DNA of 63,435 nucleotides, filler included, from Octopus bimaculoides (Eukaryota): NCBI RefSeq assembly GCF_001194135.2. It is 4 parts of 3 records of this genome, joined end to end, with 100 filler letters (N's around TTAATTAATTAA, not from the genome) between each part and the next. Parts side by side here need not be neighbours in the genome. Positions count along the whole stretch, not along the records: positions 1 to 20,661 come from NC_068994.1; positions 20,762 to 41,550 come from NC_068993.1; 2 more parts are not named here. One strand, 5' to 3'. Shown piece by piece: positions 13,194 to 25,401 of this stretch (position 1 is its first letter; each line of letters starts with the position of its first letter). The notes under the pieces were generated by a model. It saw only the letters and a program-made list of their open reading frames with translations, ran no database searches and was not told where the DNA came from. The position numbers and the translations under genes were made by a program.

Positions 13194-13296
13194 TCCTTTC
13201 GTCCTTTCTTCTTTTTTCTGTCTTCATTTCTTCTTTCTCTTTCCATCTGAGGTTTTCATTTTCTTTTCAGACAGTCTTCTTTTCTAATATATTATT

Positions 13297-13348
<52 letters not shown>

Positions 13349-13397
13349 TCCCCTTCTGTCTGATGACCCTTACTCTGTTTTCCAATCTTTATTGTAG

Positions 13398-13637
13398 GCA
13401 AAATAAAGAGAAGCAATGATTACCAAAAAATCAGCAACAGTGTGAAAAATCCAAATATTATGTTCAGGACTTGGAATCATTGGTATTGTGAAAATTTATG
13501 TTCTTGGAGTCTGAACTGCTGTGGTTATTTTTATAAGTATGGCGGGTGTCAATTACTTATCATGAATGATTGTTACAACTCGCCAAAAGTCCTCCTTTCC
13601 GATGGAAACTTTATTGATCTACGTACACCCATAAAAT
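13398..13637 (+). CDS. PAN/apple-like domain exon C (phase 1-1, 240 nt), paralog of exon A
   Basis: ttattgtag acceptor, gtaagc donor. KIKRSNDYQKISNSVKNPNIMFRTWNHWYCENLCSWSLNCCGYFYKYGGCQLLIMNDCYNSPKVLLSDGNFIDLRTPIK. The upstream intron is also homologous to 1770-1973. Confidence 0.8.
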
Positions 13638-14284
13638 GTAAGCGGTTAGTTTTTTGTTAATATGTATTTGTTTTTTTTAAAGACTTAATAAGAAAAGTTA
13701 AAGTAATACCTATGATCCTGTTCAGAGTCTTTATGACTGTGGACAGAGAACAGAGGAAGTTATTCTCAAACCAAAGTCTTGGTCAAAATGCTTTTAACAC
13801 ACAAACCACCACTAATGTAGCGCAAGGACCAGGTGAAGGTGTAAAACTGGGTGATGGATTGTCTTACCAACCATCAATAGAATATTCCCTTCGACAGACT
13901 TGCATACATTTTTCTGCTTAACTATTTCCACCTGTGCCACATTTGCGTCTAGGATATGTGTGTGTGAGAGTGCGTGATTGTGTTTGTGTGTATATTTGTG
14001 TGTATGTATGTATGTATGTATGTATGTATCTATGCATGCATGTATGTATGCACGTATGTGTGTGTGCATGTATGTATGTATGTATGGACGTATGTATGTG
14101 CGTATGATACAAGAAAGAAGACGAATAATGAATTTAGTACAAATTTATTCTTAGTTGCAATTGTTTCGGTACCACTTCGCCCCTAACGCCATCGTACGCA
14201 AGACGTAAGTATTATGTATGTTCTGCGTTCTTATATTTCCGATGTTCTTTTTTTTTTCATGATGGGGAAACATGATGATAAATA

Positions 14285-14670
14285 TTGTTGTTGTTGGCAC
14301 TCCGTCGCTTACGACGTCGAGGATTCCAGTTGATCCGATCAACGGAACAGCCTGTTTGTGAAATTAACGTGAAAGTGGCTGAGCACTCCAGACACGTGTA
14401 CCCTTAACGTAGTTCTCGGGGGATATTCAGCGTGACAAAGTGTGACAAGGCTGACCCTTTGAATTACAGGTACAACAGAAACAAGAAGTAATAGTGAGAG
14501 AAAGTTGTGGTGAAAGAGTACAGCAGGGCTCGCCACCATCCCCTGCCGGAGCCTCGTGGAACTTTAGGTGCTTTCGCTCAATAAACACTCACAACGCCCG
14601 GTCTGGGAATCGAAATCGCGATCCTATTACCGCGAGTCCGCTGCCCTAACCACTGGGCCATTGCGCCTCC
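14285..14670 (-). mobile_element. Full-length tRNA-derived SINE (family C) with (AAC)n tail
   Basis: Reverse strand starts ggaggcgcaatggcccagtggttagggcagcggactc (A-box-like) then gatttcgattccc (B-box-like) and ends in caacaacaac. Confidence 0.85.
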
Positions 14671-16230
14671 ACTGATGATAAATATAAGACAAGGCTAAAA
14701 ATCATGAATGAAGAGTAATAAAACAAGATACCAGTAGTGATGATAAAAACAAGAAAATAAAGTTGAGTAAACAGAAGAACAGCACAACCCCAGAGAATTA
14801 TAAAACTAGCACCAGTAAAAGAGTAGTCTTAGTGGTACCAGTGCTGCAGATAGTATACTGGCAATCTACCAGTTAGTAGTGAATCACAAATATAAATAGT
14901 GGCGGGCCACGATACGAAAATAATAACACAATATTACAATAATTGGATGGAGGAGGGAAAGATGATGGAAGAGGGGGGAATGTTGTGGGGAGAAAATATT
15001 CAGATATACATCAAAGCATTTGCCAATAACCCTCGACCCAGGCAATGGGACCTAAACAAGTGGGCCAAAAATAAAAAGATGGAACTAAAATAAAGTTAAA
15101 TTAGATTAAGGTAAATTAGAATAAGTTTAAATTAAAGTGAAAATTAATTATTAGTATGAATAAATATTATTAAGCGAACAAATGGCTTAATTGTTATCGA
15201 GTTAGTAGTTTAGTTAAAGCCGCTGAGTGGAAAAGCTAGAGAGTGGATAATGGTAACTCTTGGATGATGGAAATGAGGCGATTGAAGAGGTCAAAGTGTG
15301 ACGAAATTGAAAGTATTTTCTGTTTGTCCGAAACAAGTGTCTCATCAAATGTTGTAAGTTAATGGAAGAAAGGGAAATATAGTATTAGAGCTAGACCTCA
15401 GTTATTTAACTTAAGAAACCAGAAAATGTGAAGCTAGTACCCCATACAACTGGAAGTTGACGAAGTCATGGGAGAGAATAATTGTGAATCAACCGATTCT
15501 CTACTTCTCTTCGCATATACAAAACTCACAAGAGAGCGCTAGGGATTAAGAGTGAAGAAGCCAGAATTTAGAGTGAAAGAACAAAAAATAATATTGCAGT
15601 GAGGAAATACATGAGTAGAATCCTCCAAACATGTGCGTAATCCATCCACGGGTGTTAAGAATGATAATGCTTAAAGATAATGTTTATGTATAGGGGCTAG
15701 AAATAAAAATTGCTGGATTGTGAGACGTTCTTCATAGAAAAGTAGGTAGAGTGGATTGCCGAGGGTTGCGAAGACATTCGTTAACAAACCGTTAAGTAAG
15801 GTGTAAATTATGCATTGGTATAGGAGGGATAAACGTACGGTCCGACGTCCCTTCGTAAACTTATAGAAGATCGAAGTAACTAGAAAAATGTTTGTGAGTT
15901 ATAGAGGATAGAAGAATGTAATATAATAATGTGTGTTTAGGAACTACGATACAGACATAGTATAAGAAAAACAGGGATCTACTATATGCGTGTGTGATAT
16001 CTTAAAATTGAAAGCGAATATAAATTTAAGGAATGGGGAAAATATATAAAGATACACCCAAAATATAAGTGTCCCACAGTAAATATAAAGTTAAACTCTT
16101 AAAAATTATCCCATGCATAATAAAATAGACAGCAATGTAGAAATACTCTAATATGACACAAAAATTAAAATATGCATAAATATAAGTTTCAAATATCAGC
16201 ACAAGGCCAGCAATTTCAGTATTATTGTTA

Positions 16231-16455
16231 AGCCGGCGAGCTGGCAGAATCGTTAGCACGCCGGGCGACATGCTTAGTGGTATTTCGTCTGACACTATGT
16301 TCTGAGTTCAAATTCCGCCGAGGTCGTCTTTGCCTTTCATCCTTTCGGGGTCGATAAATTAAGTACCAGTCAGGTACTGGGGTTGATGCGATCGATTGTC
16401 CCCGTCCCAACAAAATCCAGGCCTTGTGCCTATAGTAGAAAGGATTATTATTATT
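16231..16455 (+). mobile_element. tRNA-derived SINE (family A)
   Basis: ggcgagctggcagaatcgttagcacg...gagttcaaattccgccgaggtc...gataaattaagtaccag; more than 10 related copies in the window. Confidence 0.9.
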
Positions 16456-16899
16456 TTTGTTGTTGTTTTAATCTGCATGTTTGTTGCAATCACTTGCCGA
16501 GACGCGCCCTAGGGCAAGCGAAGGGCAAGGGATGATCTTATGACTGGAGAGGGGAAGTGGCAGAGGCAGTAAAGAAATAATTCCATGTAATACAACACAG
16601 ACGTCTAAATTGATAGGGCTTTTGTTGTATCCGTACACCTCCATGATTGGCCAAGTGAACTATACTAGTTAGTATAAATGAGCATGCGCAGAACAGTCTG
16701 AGAAGAGTGTCATATGCGCTTTCGTGCTTTGGTAGCAGGCTGGTGAGTTTGCAGTTGATTTTTTGTGTGCTATATTATATCGTTTATTTCTGTTAATGTC
16801 GAACCTTCGTTGTTGAATTTGTTATCTGGAAAAATTGTTATTTACGGACTTAGTTGAAAAATTGTTTGCCCCCACTACGGGGGAAGGATTTGAAACTTT

Positions 16900-17935
16900 G
16901 AACTATTGTTTTTTGTGAACTGCTGTATTGTTGGAGAATCAATGTGTCCATGGAGGTCAATCACAACGGAAGTTACCAATGTGGCGTACAAAAATGTAAA
17001 CATGCCCAGAACAGATTATTAGGCATGTTATGGCATGCTCACAGCGGATGGGAGATATGTTCCCATCTCCCCACCAAATGAATTCACCAATCAAAGAGAT
17101 AATAGGACTATCATCTATAAATGTTTTGACGTAACGGAAAAAAAGATTACAGTATTGGAGAAAGAAAAAAATTAAAAAGTGCCTCGGACCACTTTGGAAT
17201 GATATTACGTAGCCCGAGGCAAAAGGTTTGCTTCCATAGAGGTTCACTTCAATGATGCAGAAACGGTAAGAAAACATTCAGTCACAACACTGAAAACTAC
17301 AGAAGTGGCATTGCTACCCTCGTATCTGGGACCAAAGTCGAAGAAGTTCCACCAGATGCAGACTTACGTTGGATAATCGCAGCACTCTGCTATAGCAGAG
17401 AAGATAAAATCAGAATTTTGCAAATTACACGTTCTGCTCCTCCAAATCGGCTGGGACAGAACGATGGACCTTGAAGTTCTTCCTTCCACAGTTAATCTCC
17501 CTTCGGGATTTAGGCCCATGGATCAGGCGAAGACCTAGGCTGGGCGAGTGGCAATTGTGTCGACAGGCACTCGGGCTTCTCTCTCGGACGGGCAACGCTG
17601 GCAATTGGAGTTCCAACGCTGACTTTTATAACGGGTTAGTGGAACATATGTCCGACGATGTCTTGGGGGGACTCAAGGCTTCGATAGAAATGAGTTGGTC
17701 AACCTGTTCGGGGGGATTTTCGGGCTGGAGTATCTGGATAATTGCCAGAAATCCCTGGCCTGGTTGTGCTACCGATCGGCTTTACTTGTTTGGAGAGAGG
17801 TTGTCGAGGCACGGTAATGCCATCCTGCCGACATGTCCGAAGTGCGGGAAGGACAGTGAAACTGTTCTACACACCTTCGTGGAGTGTGCGGAGTTAAAGG
17901 GATTGATAACCTATGTCGAACAACTGTCGGTTGAA
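16900..17935 (+). mobile_element. Internally deleted L1/Tx1 element: ORF1-like piece fused to ORF2 C-terminus
   Basis: ORF1-like RTIIYKCFD...KKCLGPLWNDIT...RGKRFASIEVHF, then PQLISLRDLGPWIRRRPRL and CPKCGKDSETVLHTFVEC. Confidence 0.7.
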
Positions 17936-17979
17936 TCGATTGCAACAGCAGCAAGAGTACCTTGAACAGCAATAACAAC

Positions 17980-19149
17980 GGATCCTTTCCCTTTAGCCGG
18001 CACATTTAAAGAACAATTTTTTGTAACTAAACACTTTCAAAATTCGTACATTGGTAGAATGTGTCACATAAAATCTTGGCGTTTTTGAGAAAATTGTGTA
18101 TTTTCGAAGTTATTTCGTGTTAAAGTTGTCGTATTTCGGTAATTTCAACCAATCAATGACGTCTATTGAGGTGAAAACAATTACTGCTGTTGCTTGTCAA
18201 CAACAACTTCCGGCGGTGTATATCTCGTTTGTCACTGTTATTTATGACATCGTTCGTGCGTTTGTACTGGTTTTAGCTTTAGGGTTTTAGGGTTAGGGTT
18301 AGTGTTTTAGGGTCAGGGTTAGGATTTTAGGGTTAGGGATAGGGTTTTAGAGTTAGGGCTTTAGGGCTAGGTTAGGGTTTTTTTCAGNNNNNNNNNNNNN
18401 NNNNNNNNNNNNNNNNNNNNNNNNNNNNNNNNNNNNNNNNNNNNNNNNNNNNNNNNNNNNNNNNNNNNNNNNNNNNNNNNNNNNNNNNNNNNNNNNNNNN
18501 NNNNNNNNNNNNNNNNNNNNNNNNNNNNNNNNNNNNNNNNNNNNNNNNNNNNNNNNNNNNNNNNNNNNNNNNNNNNNNNNNNNNNNNNNNNNNNNNNNNN
18601 NNNNNNNNNNNNNNNNNNNNNNNNNNNNNNNNNNNNNNNNNNNNNNNNNNNNNNNNNNNNNNNNNNNNNNNNNNNNNNNNNNNNNNGATAGTTGTTGACA
18701 AACAACGGCAGTAATTTTATTCAAGGGAAAAGATCCCAAAATAGGCAATTTCGAAAACGCTAAAACAAAGCGAAAATACTTTCACAAACAAAGTAAACTG
18801 AAAATTTTTTTTAAATAACTAATAACTGAATTGATTAAACTATACACACGTGTATCTCAAATATAAATATATCAGAAATAACAGTGACAAACTAAATATA
18901 CACCGCCGGAACGTCTTGTTGACCAACCACAGCAGTAATTATTTTCACCGCAATAGACGTCATTGATTGGTTGAAATTACCGAAATACGACAACTTTAAC
19001 ACGAAATAGCTTCGAAAATAAACAATTTTCTTAAAAATGCCAAGAATAAATGATGTTTTAAATGACACATTCTACCAGTATACGAAATTTGAAAGTGTTT
19101 AGTTACAAAAAATTATTTTTTCTATGTGCCGGCCAAAAGGAAAAGATCC
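17980..19149. mobile_element. Non-autonomous long-TIR DNA transposon, Merlin-like
   Basis: About 260-bp imperfect TIRs beginning GGATC; identical 8-bp flanks ATAACAAC (17972-17979, 19150-19157). Confidence 0.75.
18278..18385 (+). repeat. Degenerate interstitial (TTAGGG)n telomere-like array
   Basis: ttagggttttagggttagggttag...; runs into a gap. Confidence 0.9.
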
Positions 19150-20348
19150 ATAACAACAACAACAGCTAAACCAGCAGCTGACAGAGTTATTGCTACACTA
19201 CAATCCAAGAACTCAGCGGCGTCGTATTCGGCGGATGGAGTAGCTAACTCCATTGGTGAATTCCTGTGTAATCCCGAAGATGGGATTACATTTTCCTCAT
19301 AGATATGAAGAAATATTTAAAGAGGAGTGCAAAGGCTGGACAAACAAAAAGAAGGTAAGACTTCTTTTGCGTAAACCAGCTCCGTCAGAGCACGAGAAAT
19401 ACTGCAACTTTATTCTACCAAAAAAAGCCGTCAGAAATTTGTTTTGAAGAAACAAAATATTAACTAATATATTCAGTGAAAAGAGCTCGCTATTCAACAT
19501 ACATTGGGAATGCCTAAATTTAAAAAAAATGAAAATGATGACTTTGTTACATATATAGGAACTGTAAATAAAGCATGCGAAAAATTCAAGCTAGGAGAGT
19601 TGTCCCCAGATATTTTTAAATGTCTGATATTTGTCAAAGGACTAACTGCAAGTGAGGATACAGAAATACGAGCGAGAATATCAACAAAATTGACGCAAGA
19701 CATTGAATTAACCTTGAAAAATGTGGCTGAAGAATGTCAACATATCATTAACTTACGGCAGGCTACTGAAAAAATTGAAAATAATAATATAAATGTACAG
19801 GCATGTCGGCCTATGACAAACAAAAGAAAATGAAACAAATAAGGCCCGAACAATGTCATGGTTGTAGCGAGTTGCACTTCAAAAGGGACTGCCCCTTTAG
19901 GAATAAAGAATGTTTTGCTTGTGACAAAACGGGTCATAAACAGTCACAGTGTTGGGCGAAAAAGAAAGGTCGAACGGAAAAACAAATAAAAGTGTTTTCA
20001 ATGAAAACAGATAGCGAGACAAAAAAAAAATTGTATAGGTAGAAATTAATAATGTACACACAAGATTATAGCTAGACACAGGGAGCGATAGCTCAATTAT
20101 AAATACTGAAACTTGGAAGAAAATTGGAAGACCAACGTTCAAGAAAACAAGGCAAATAGCTCGTGGAGTCTCTGGACAGCAAGTTCGATTCTTAGGCGAA
20201 TTGACGCCAGATGTAACATTTCATGGGAAGACGTTTAAAGCGAAGGTCTACATATAAGAAAATACCATGAATCTGTTTGATACAGATTGGATGGAAACAT
20301 TTAATTTGTAGGGTTTGCCCATAAGTATTTTCTGTAATAATGTGAATG

Positions 20349-20661
20349 CGGGATCTTTCTGATTTGGCGGGCACCATTTTTTATTTATGTTTTATTTAGT
20401 GTGTTTTCTACCGAAACACTTTAAAACTTCGTATACTTGTATATTTTGTCTTATAGAACAGAGAAAACATTTTTATATTCGAAGTTATTTCATGTTAAAA
20501 GTTGTCGTATTTCAGTAATTTCAACCAATCACTGACGTCTATTGAGGTGAAAACAATTACTGCTATGGATTGTCAACAAAACGTTGTGCGGTGTAATGGG
20601 ATCTTTTCCCTTGAATAAAATTAGTACCGTTGTTTGTCAACAACAACTATCGGCAATACTG
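20349..20661 (+). mobile_element. Further Merlin-like left ends (one nested in another)
   Basis: Matches 18030-18240; gggatcttttcccttgaataaaatt at about 20599 is the inverse of 18687-18737. Confidence 0.7.
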
Positions 20662-20761
20662 NNNNNNNNNNNNNNNNNNNNNNNNNNNNNNNNNNNNNNN
20701 NNNNNTTAATTAATTAANNNNNNNNNNNNNNNNNNNNNNNNNNNNNNNNNNNNNNNNNNNN
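20662..20761. other. Artificial scaffold join (44 N + TTAATTAATTAA + 44 N)
   Basis: Identical 100-bp layout at 41551-41650 and 51037-51136. Confidence 0.95.
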
Positions 20762-21203
20762 AATGTAAGGTAAACAGAAGAGAAACTAGCTAAGGTAGAG
20801 AAGTAGCTTGAGAACGGACGTGGGGCGCGCATGTGAGTTTAGGTATGAGTGTAGGTATGAGTGTGAGTATGAGAATGTTTGAGTGAAGTGGGGGTTGAGT
20901 GCATGAGAAAGAAAATAGAAAAAAAAAAAGAAACGGGGAACTGGAAGATTACGAATTGCAAAATGTGTGGTTCGGTTCGTTTGATTTTCTTTCCCTTATC
21001 ATTTGCATATATAGACACACAGACAGACACACAGACAGAGAGACAGGCACTCACACACACACACACACACATACACACATGCACGCGCTCACATACACGC
21101 AACACTCAAACAAATAGTTAAGATTTCTTCATCACTCAGCTGACCTGTTCATCTGAGATTCTTCCATCGTCCCTTTACCTCATCCCCTTCCTAACCTCCC
21201 CTT

Positions 21204-21240
<37 letters not shown>

Positions 21241-21750
21241 ATTCTCTTTATCTACTTGCTCTCTCTCTCTATTTCTCTCTCTCTTTCTCTCCTTGTATTT
21301 CGTATGTTCTTCATTCGTCCGTATTAATGTTATCTTTCCAAATTCTTCCANNNNNNNNNNNNNNNNNNNNNNNNNNNNNNNNNNNNNNNNNNNNNNNNNN
21401 NNNNNNNNNNNNNNNNNNNNNNNNNNNNNNNNNNNNNNNNNNNNNNNNNNNNNNNNNNNNNNNNNNNNNNNNNNNNNNNNNNNNNNNNNNNNNNNNNNNN
21501 NNNNNNNNNNNNNNNNNNNNNNNNNNNNNNNNNNNNNNNNNNNNNNNNNNNNNNNNNNNNNNNNNNNNNNNNNNNNNNNNNNNNNNNNNNNNNNNNNNNN
21601 NNNNNNNNNNNNNNNNNNNNNNNNNNNNNNNNNNNNNNNNNNNNNGTGAGTTTGTACATGCATTTATAGATAAACAGGCTGGATAGATATAAAGATACAA
21701 ACACATTCATTGATTCAAAAGCCATACAGAAAATAACTAAAAGATTATAA

Positions 21751-21787
<37 letters not shown>

Positions 21788-22122
21788 AATGCACCATCTT
21801 TTAGGTTTGCTGGAATCAATGAATCTTTTTGTTTATTTATGTCTGTGAGGTCATCAGCTGTCTACCTACCTATCTCCAAATCTATGTATGTTTTTTTTTC
21901 CCCTTTTCTACCTCTAAATCTGTCTGTTGCTATGTATATCCACAAATCCAAGCACGAATCCAGTCAGTTTTAACCTGTCTCCATCTATGCTTGAATGTTT
22001 CCATTATAATTAATCATCCTCACTTCATCTCTCTCGATAATTTCTCAAGATGACCATTTATAAATATAGATAGATAGATAGATAGATAGTCTCTGAAGAG
22101 TTTAGTTTTCTTATTAATTTCT

Positions 22123-22176
<54 letters not shown>

Positions 22177-22281
22177 TATCTATCTGTCTGTCAATCAATC
22201 TATCTATCCTACCAAATCTCCATCTTAGAGATAAGCTTGGAGATATCTGTGTCTTAAACTGAGTTGCAACAACAGATGATA

Positions 22282-22334
<53 letters not shown>

Positions 22335-22337
<3 letters not shown>

Positions 22338-22489
22338 CCTTTCTGCTAAAGGCACAGAGCCTGATATTTTGGAGGAGAGGATTATTCGATTACATCGGTC
22401 CCAGTATTTCATTGGTACTTTATTTATCGATCCCGAAAGGGCGAAGTCGACCCCGTCGGAATTTGGACTCAGAACATAAAGACGGACGA

Positions 22490-22490
<1 letters not shown>
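22335..22490 (-). mobile_element. SINE family A fragment between two (AAT)n arrays
   Basis: Reverse complement of the 16290-16430 segment. Confidence 0.75.
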
Positions 22491-22547
<57 letters not shown>

Positions 22548-22981
22548 TAGTCACAAAATCCTATATTTCGTAGTAGTGGCGTTTAGTCGACCAAGTCAAT
22601 CACAATACGTAATTAGTGAACTAATGAATTCAGGAAGGAGTAAAAAAAAAATTAATGGCTAACTTCGGCGGGATTCGAACTCAAAGTGTAAAGAATCAAA
22701 AAATAGAAGCTTAACTATATTCTCCTAATATAGAATGTTACATTTGCTGATCAAATGTCTACGTTCATGAACACTTTTAGCAATTTACTACTTTCGTTCA
22801 TGTTTTAATCTATCATATTACAAGTGAAATAGATGGGTGATAGCATAGCGACATCCTAATTAGGAATATCACCTGAAATTGAGTATAATTTGTATCAAGA
22901 CATCTTACCTTTCTTGTGTGTTTGATAATTATAAAATAATTTCATTAATATGTGTGTACTTGTATACATACATACATACAT

Positions 22982-23057
<76 letters not shown>

Positions 23058-24676
23058 CCTGATGATCGCTGTAGCGTGAAATATTCAATCCATGAGGAAA
23101 GAATACCGTTTTTATATACCGTATACTGTCTACCGTATCTTAAATACTTTCTTCCTCATTCACAAACCAGCGGTAACTATTACACACACACACACACACA
23201 TACATAGGAAAGTCTATTATCTCATCATGTTTTAAAATTTTTTTACAAAATTGTGGTGAAATTAAGAACTCCATCGAAAATGCATAGATTAAGAGAAGAG
23301 CGACGAGTCAATCGACTACACTTCTGTTACGGAAACGAAGGTGTGAACGTGAACCAATGTACTAAATCCCTCTCCTCCTTATTAACATTATTAACATCCT
23401 CCTCCTTTTCCTCATCATCATCATCATCGTCGTCGTCGTCGTCGTCATCAATATCATTATTTAATTTCTATTAGTGAAGCAAATCTGCTGAATCTAATAT
23501 TTGCCTGAGTCGGATGTTAGAGGGCTTTGAATCGGTTAATAGTGTAGGTTAATAGTGAATTTGATCGGTCCTTACTGTTTGTCTATTGCACTTGGAGGCA
23601 TAAATTTAATCCCGATTGGACAGTAGTTTGACCGCATCTATATTCCAACACGCACACACACTCTCTTTCTTTCTCTGTCTGTCTCTGTCTGCCTGTCTCT
23701 CTCTTTCTCCCTATCTGTCTATCTATTTCTCACACACACACACTTTCCCTCTCTTTCTCTTCATCTCTCTCTCGCAGATATTATTGAATCACGTAATGCA
23801 TTAACTCCACCAACACCAACGACAGCCACCTCCGCAGCCCAAATAAAACTAAGACTATCCCAAGTACTCCAACTGTACTATTGTTACTACTACCACTGTT
23901 CATCACCTCCTACCACCACCACCGCATCAAAGAAAAAAAAACTAATGAAATAATCATAAAGGTAGTTACGGATGAACACTGCCCGATTGTTGAAAATAAA
24001 TATATAAATAGATGAATAAATATATAAATAAATAAATAGATAGATAAATAAACAGTGTAGCCCAGAAAGACAAGAGATTGCTGGATGGTGCTTAAAGAAT
24101 TGGTACTGCTGCTGTTATAGAAGCTAGTGTTTTTACTAACTTTTCAACAAGATTAATGGCGCCGGTCAGTTCAGAGATAAAATGTACAAAGATATTTTAA
24201 TATGATGGAATTTGGGCCGTGTGCAAAAAAAAAAAAAGGAAAAAAGAGGAATAAAAGTAAGGAAGAAGCATTAGTGTGTATATTTATTTCTCTGTTATTA
24301 TTTGTCAAGCAGTCTTAGGGAGCTGGAGATGCAATGTGAAGCGACTTAAAGTAAGAATGGAAAGAATGGGCAACAATGATGCAGTGAGGTATTGGGTAGG
24401 TGTAAAGAGGTGAGTGACTATGCGTGTACGTGCATGTGTGTGGGTGTAGGTATGCGTGTGGTTCAGTGTTTGTGCATGCATATGTGCTTACTATATATGG
24501 ATGTGTGTGATTCTATGTACACTTGTGTCTGTGTCAATGTGCAGGTATGTGTATGTATGTGTGTGTATATATATATGTGTGTATGTATATATATATATAT
24601 ATATATAAATATAAATATATTTATATGTAAGCATATATGTGTGTATATGTATACGTCTGTATGAGCATTTTTATAT

Positions 24677-24723
<47 letters not shown>

Positions 24724-24760
24724 CATATATATGCGTGCGTATATATGTTTATGTTTATTA

Positions 24761-24792
<32 letters not shown>

Positions 24793-25346
24793 GTATATAA
24801 ATATGTATATTTATATATATATATGTATATAAATATGTATATTTATATATATATGTATATTTATATATATATATATATATATTTACATATATATATACAT
24901 ACACACACGAATATAATCACATTTGGAATGCGATTTGGCGATATACATGTATGTAAATGCATCGATTGGTGTTGCTGCTGCCGTAAATTGTCTCCAAGTT
25001 TTAAACGGTCCTACTCTTCCGCCATTAATATTTTTATTTGCATTTAATACAGCGCAAGTGCTACCGTCACCTAATTTTAATCACATTGGTCTCACTAATT
25101 TCACCCACACATATATATATACGTGTGTTGGGTGGGTGAATGTCTGTATTGTAAATAATAAGATAAATATTACGTTTTCCCTTTGATTTTAAATTCCATG
25201 CAGCATACATTATTCTTCAGGCAGAAGAAACTTGGGAAGTCATGGAGAACTATGGAAATTTAGATACTCCATAATAATAAATAATGTACTCAGTACTACA
25301 CACCATATTGAGTACTTTGAGTTTCGCTCGTGAAACGGTTATAAAT

Positions 25347-25401
<55 letters not shown>

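Larger units (their letters stand above)
17940..20345 (+). mobile_element. Ty3/Gypsy gag-protease remnant, interrupted by a foldback element
   Basis: Poly-Q gag start; GVANSIGEFLCNPEDGITF; zinc knuckles CHGCSELHFKRDC and CFACDKTGHKQSQC; protease motif LDTGSD at 20072-20089. Confidence 0.85.

Noticed and set aside
13712-13921. ORF after PAN exon C as the next coding exon
   Set aside because: Splicing to the ttcag acceptor makes T|AG, an immediate stop. It could be a terminal exon, but coding support is absent.
15180-15960. Minus-strand protein-like patches (LSIIILNTRG; EERLTIQQF), similar case at 1345-1650
   Set aside because: Probably decayed retroelement N-termini, but too degenerate to assign
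23059-23095. CUGAUGA-tcgc-tgta-gcgt-GAAA hammerhead-like motif
   Set aside because: U.U at the base of stem II and no stem I partner
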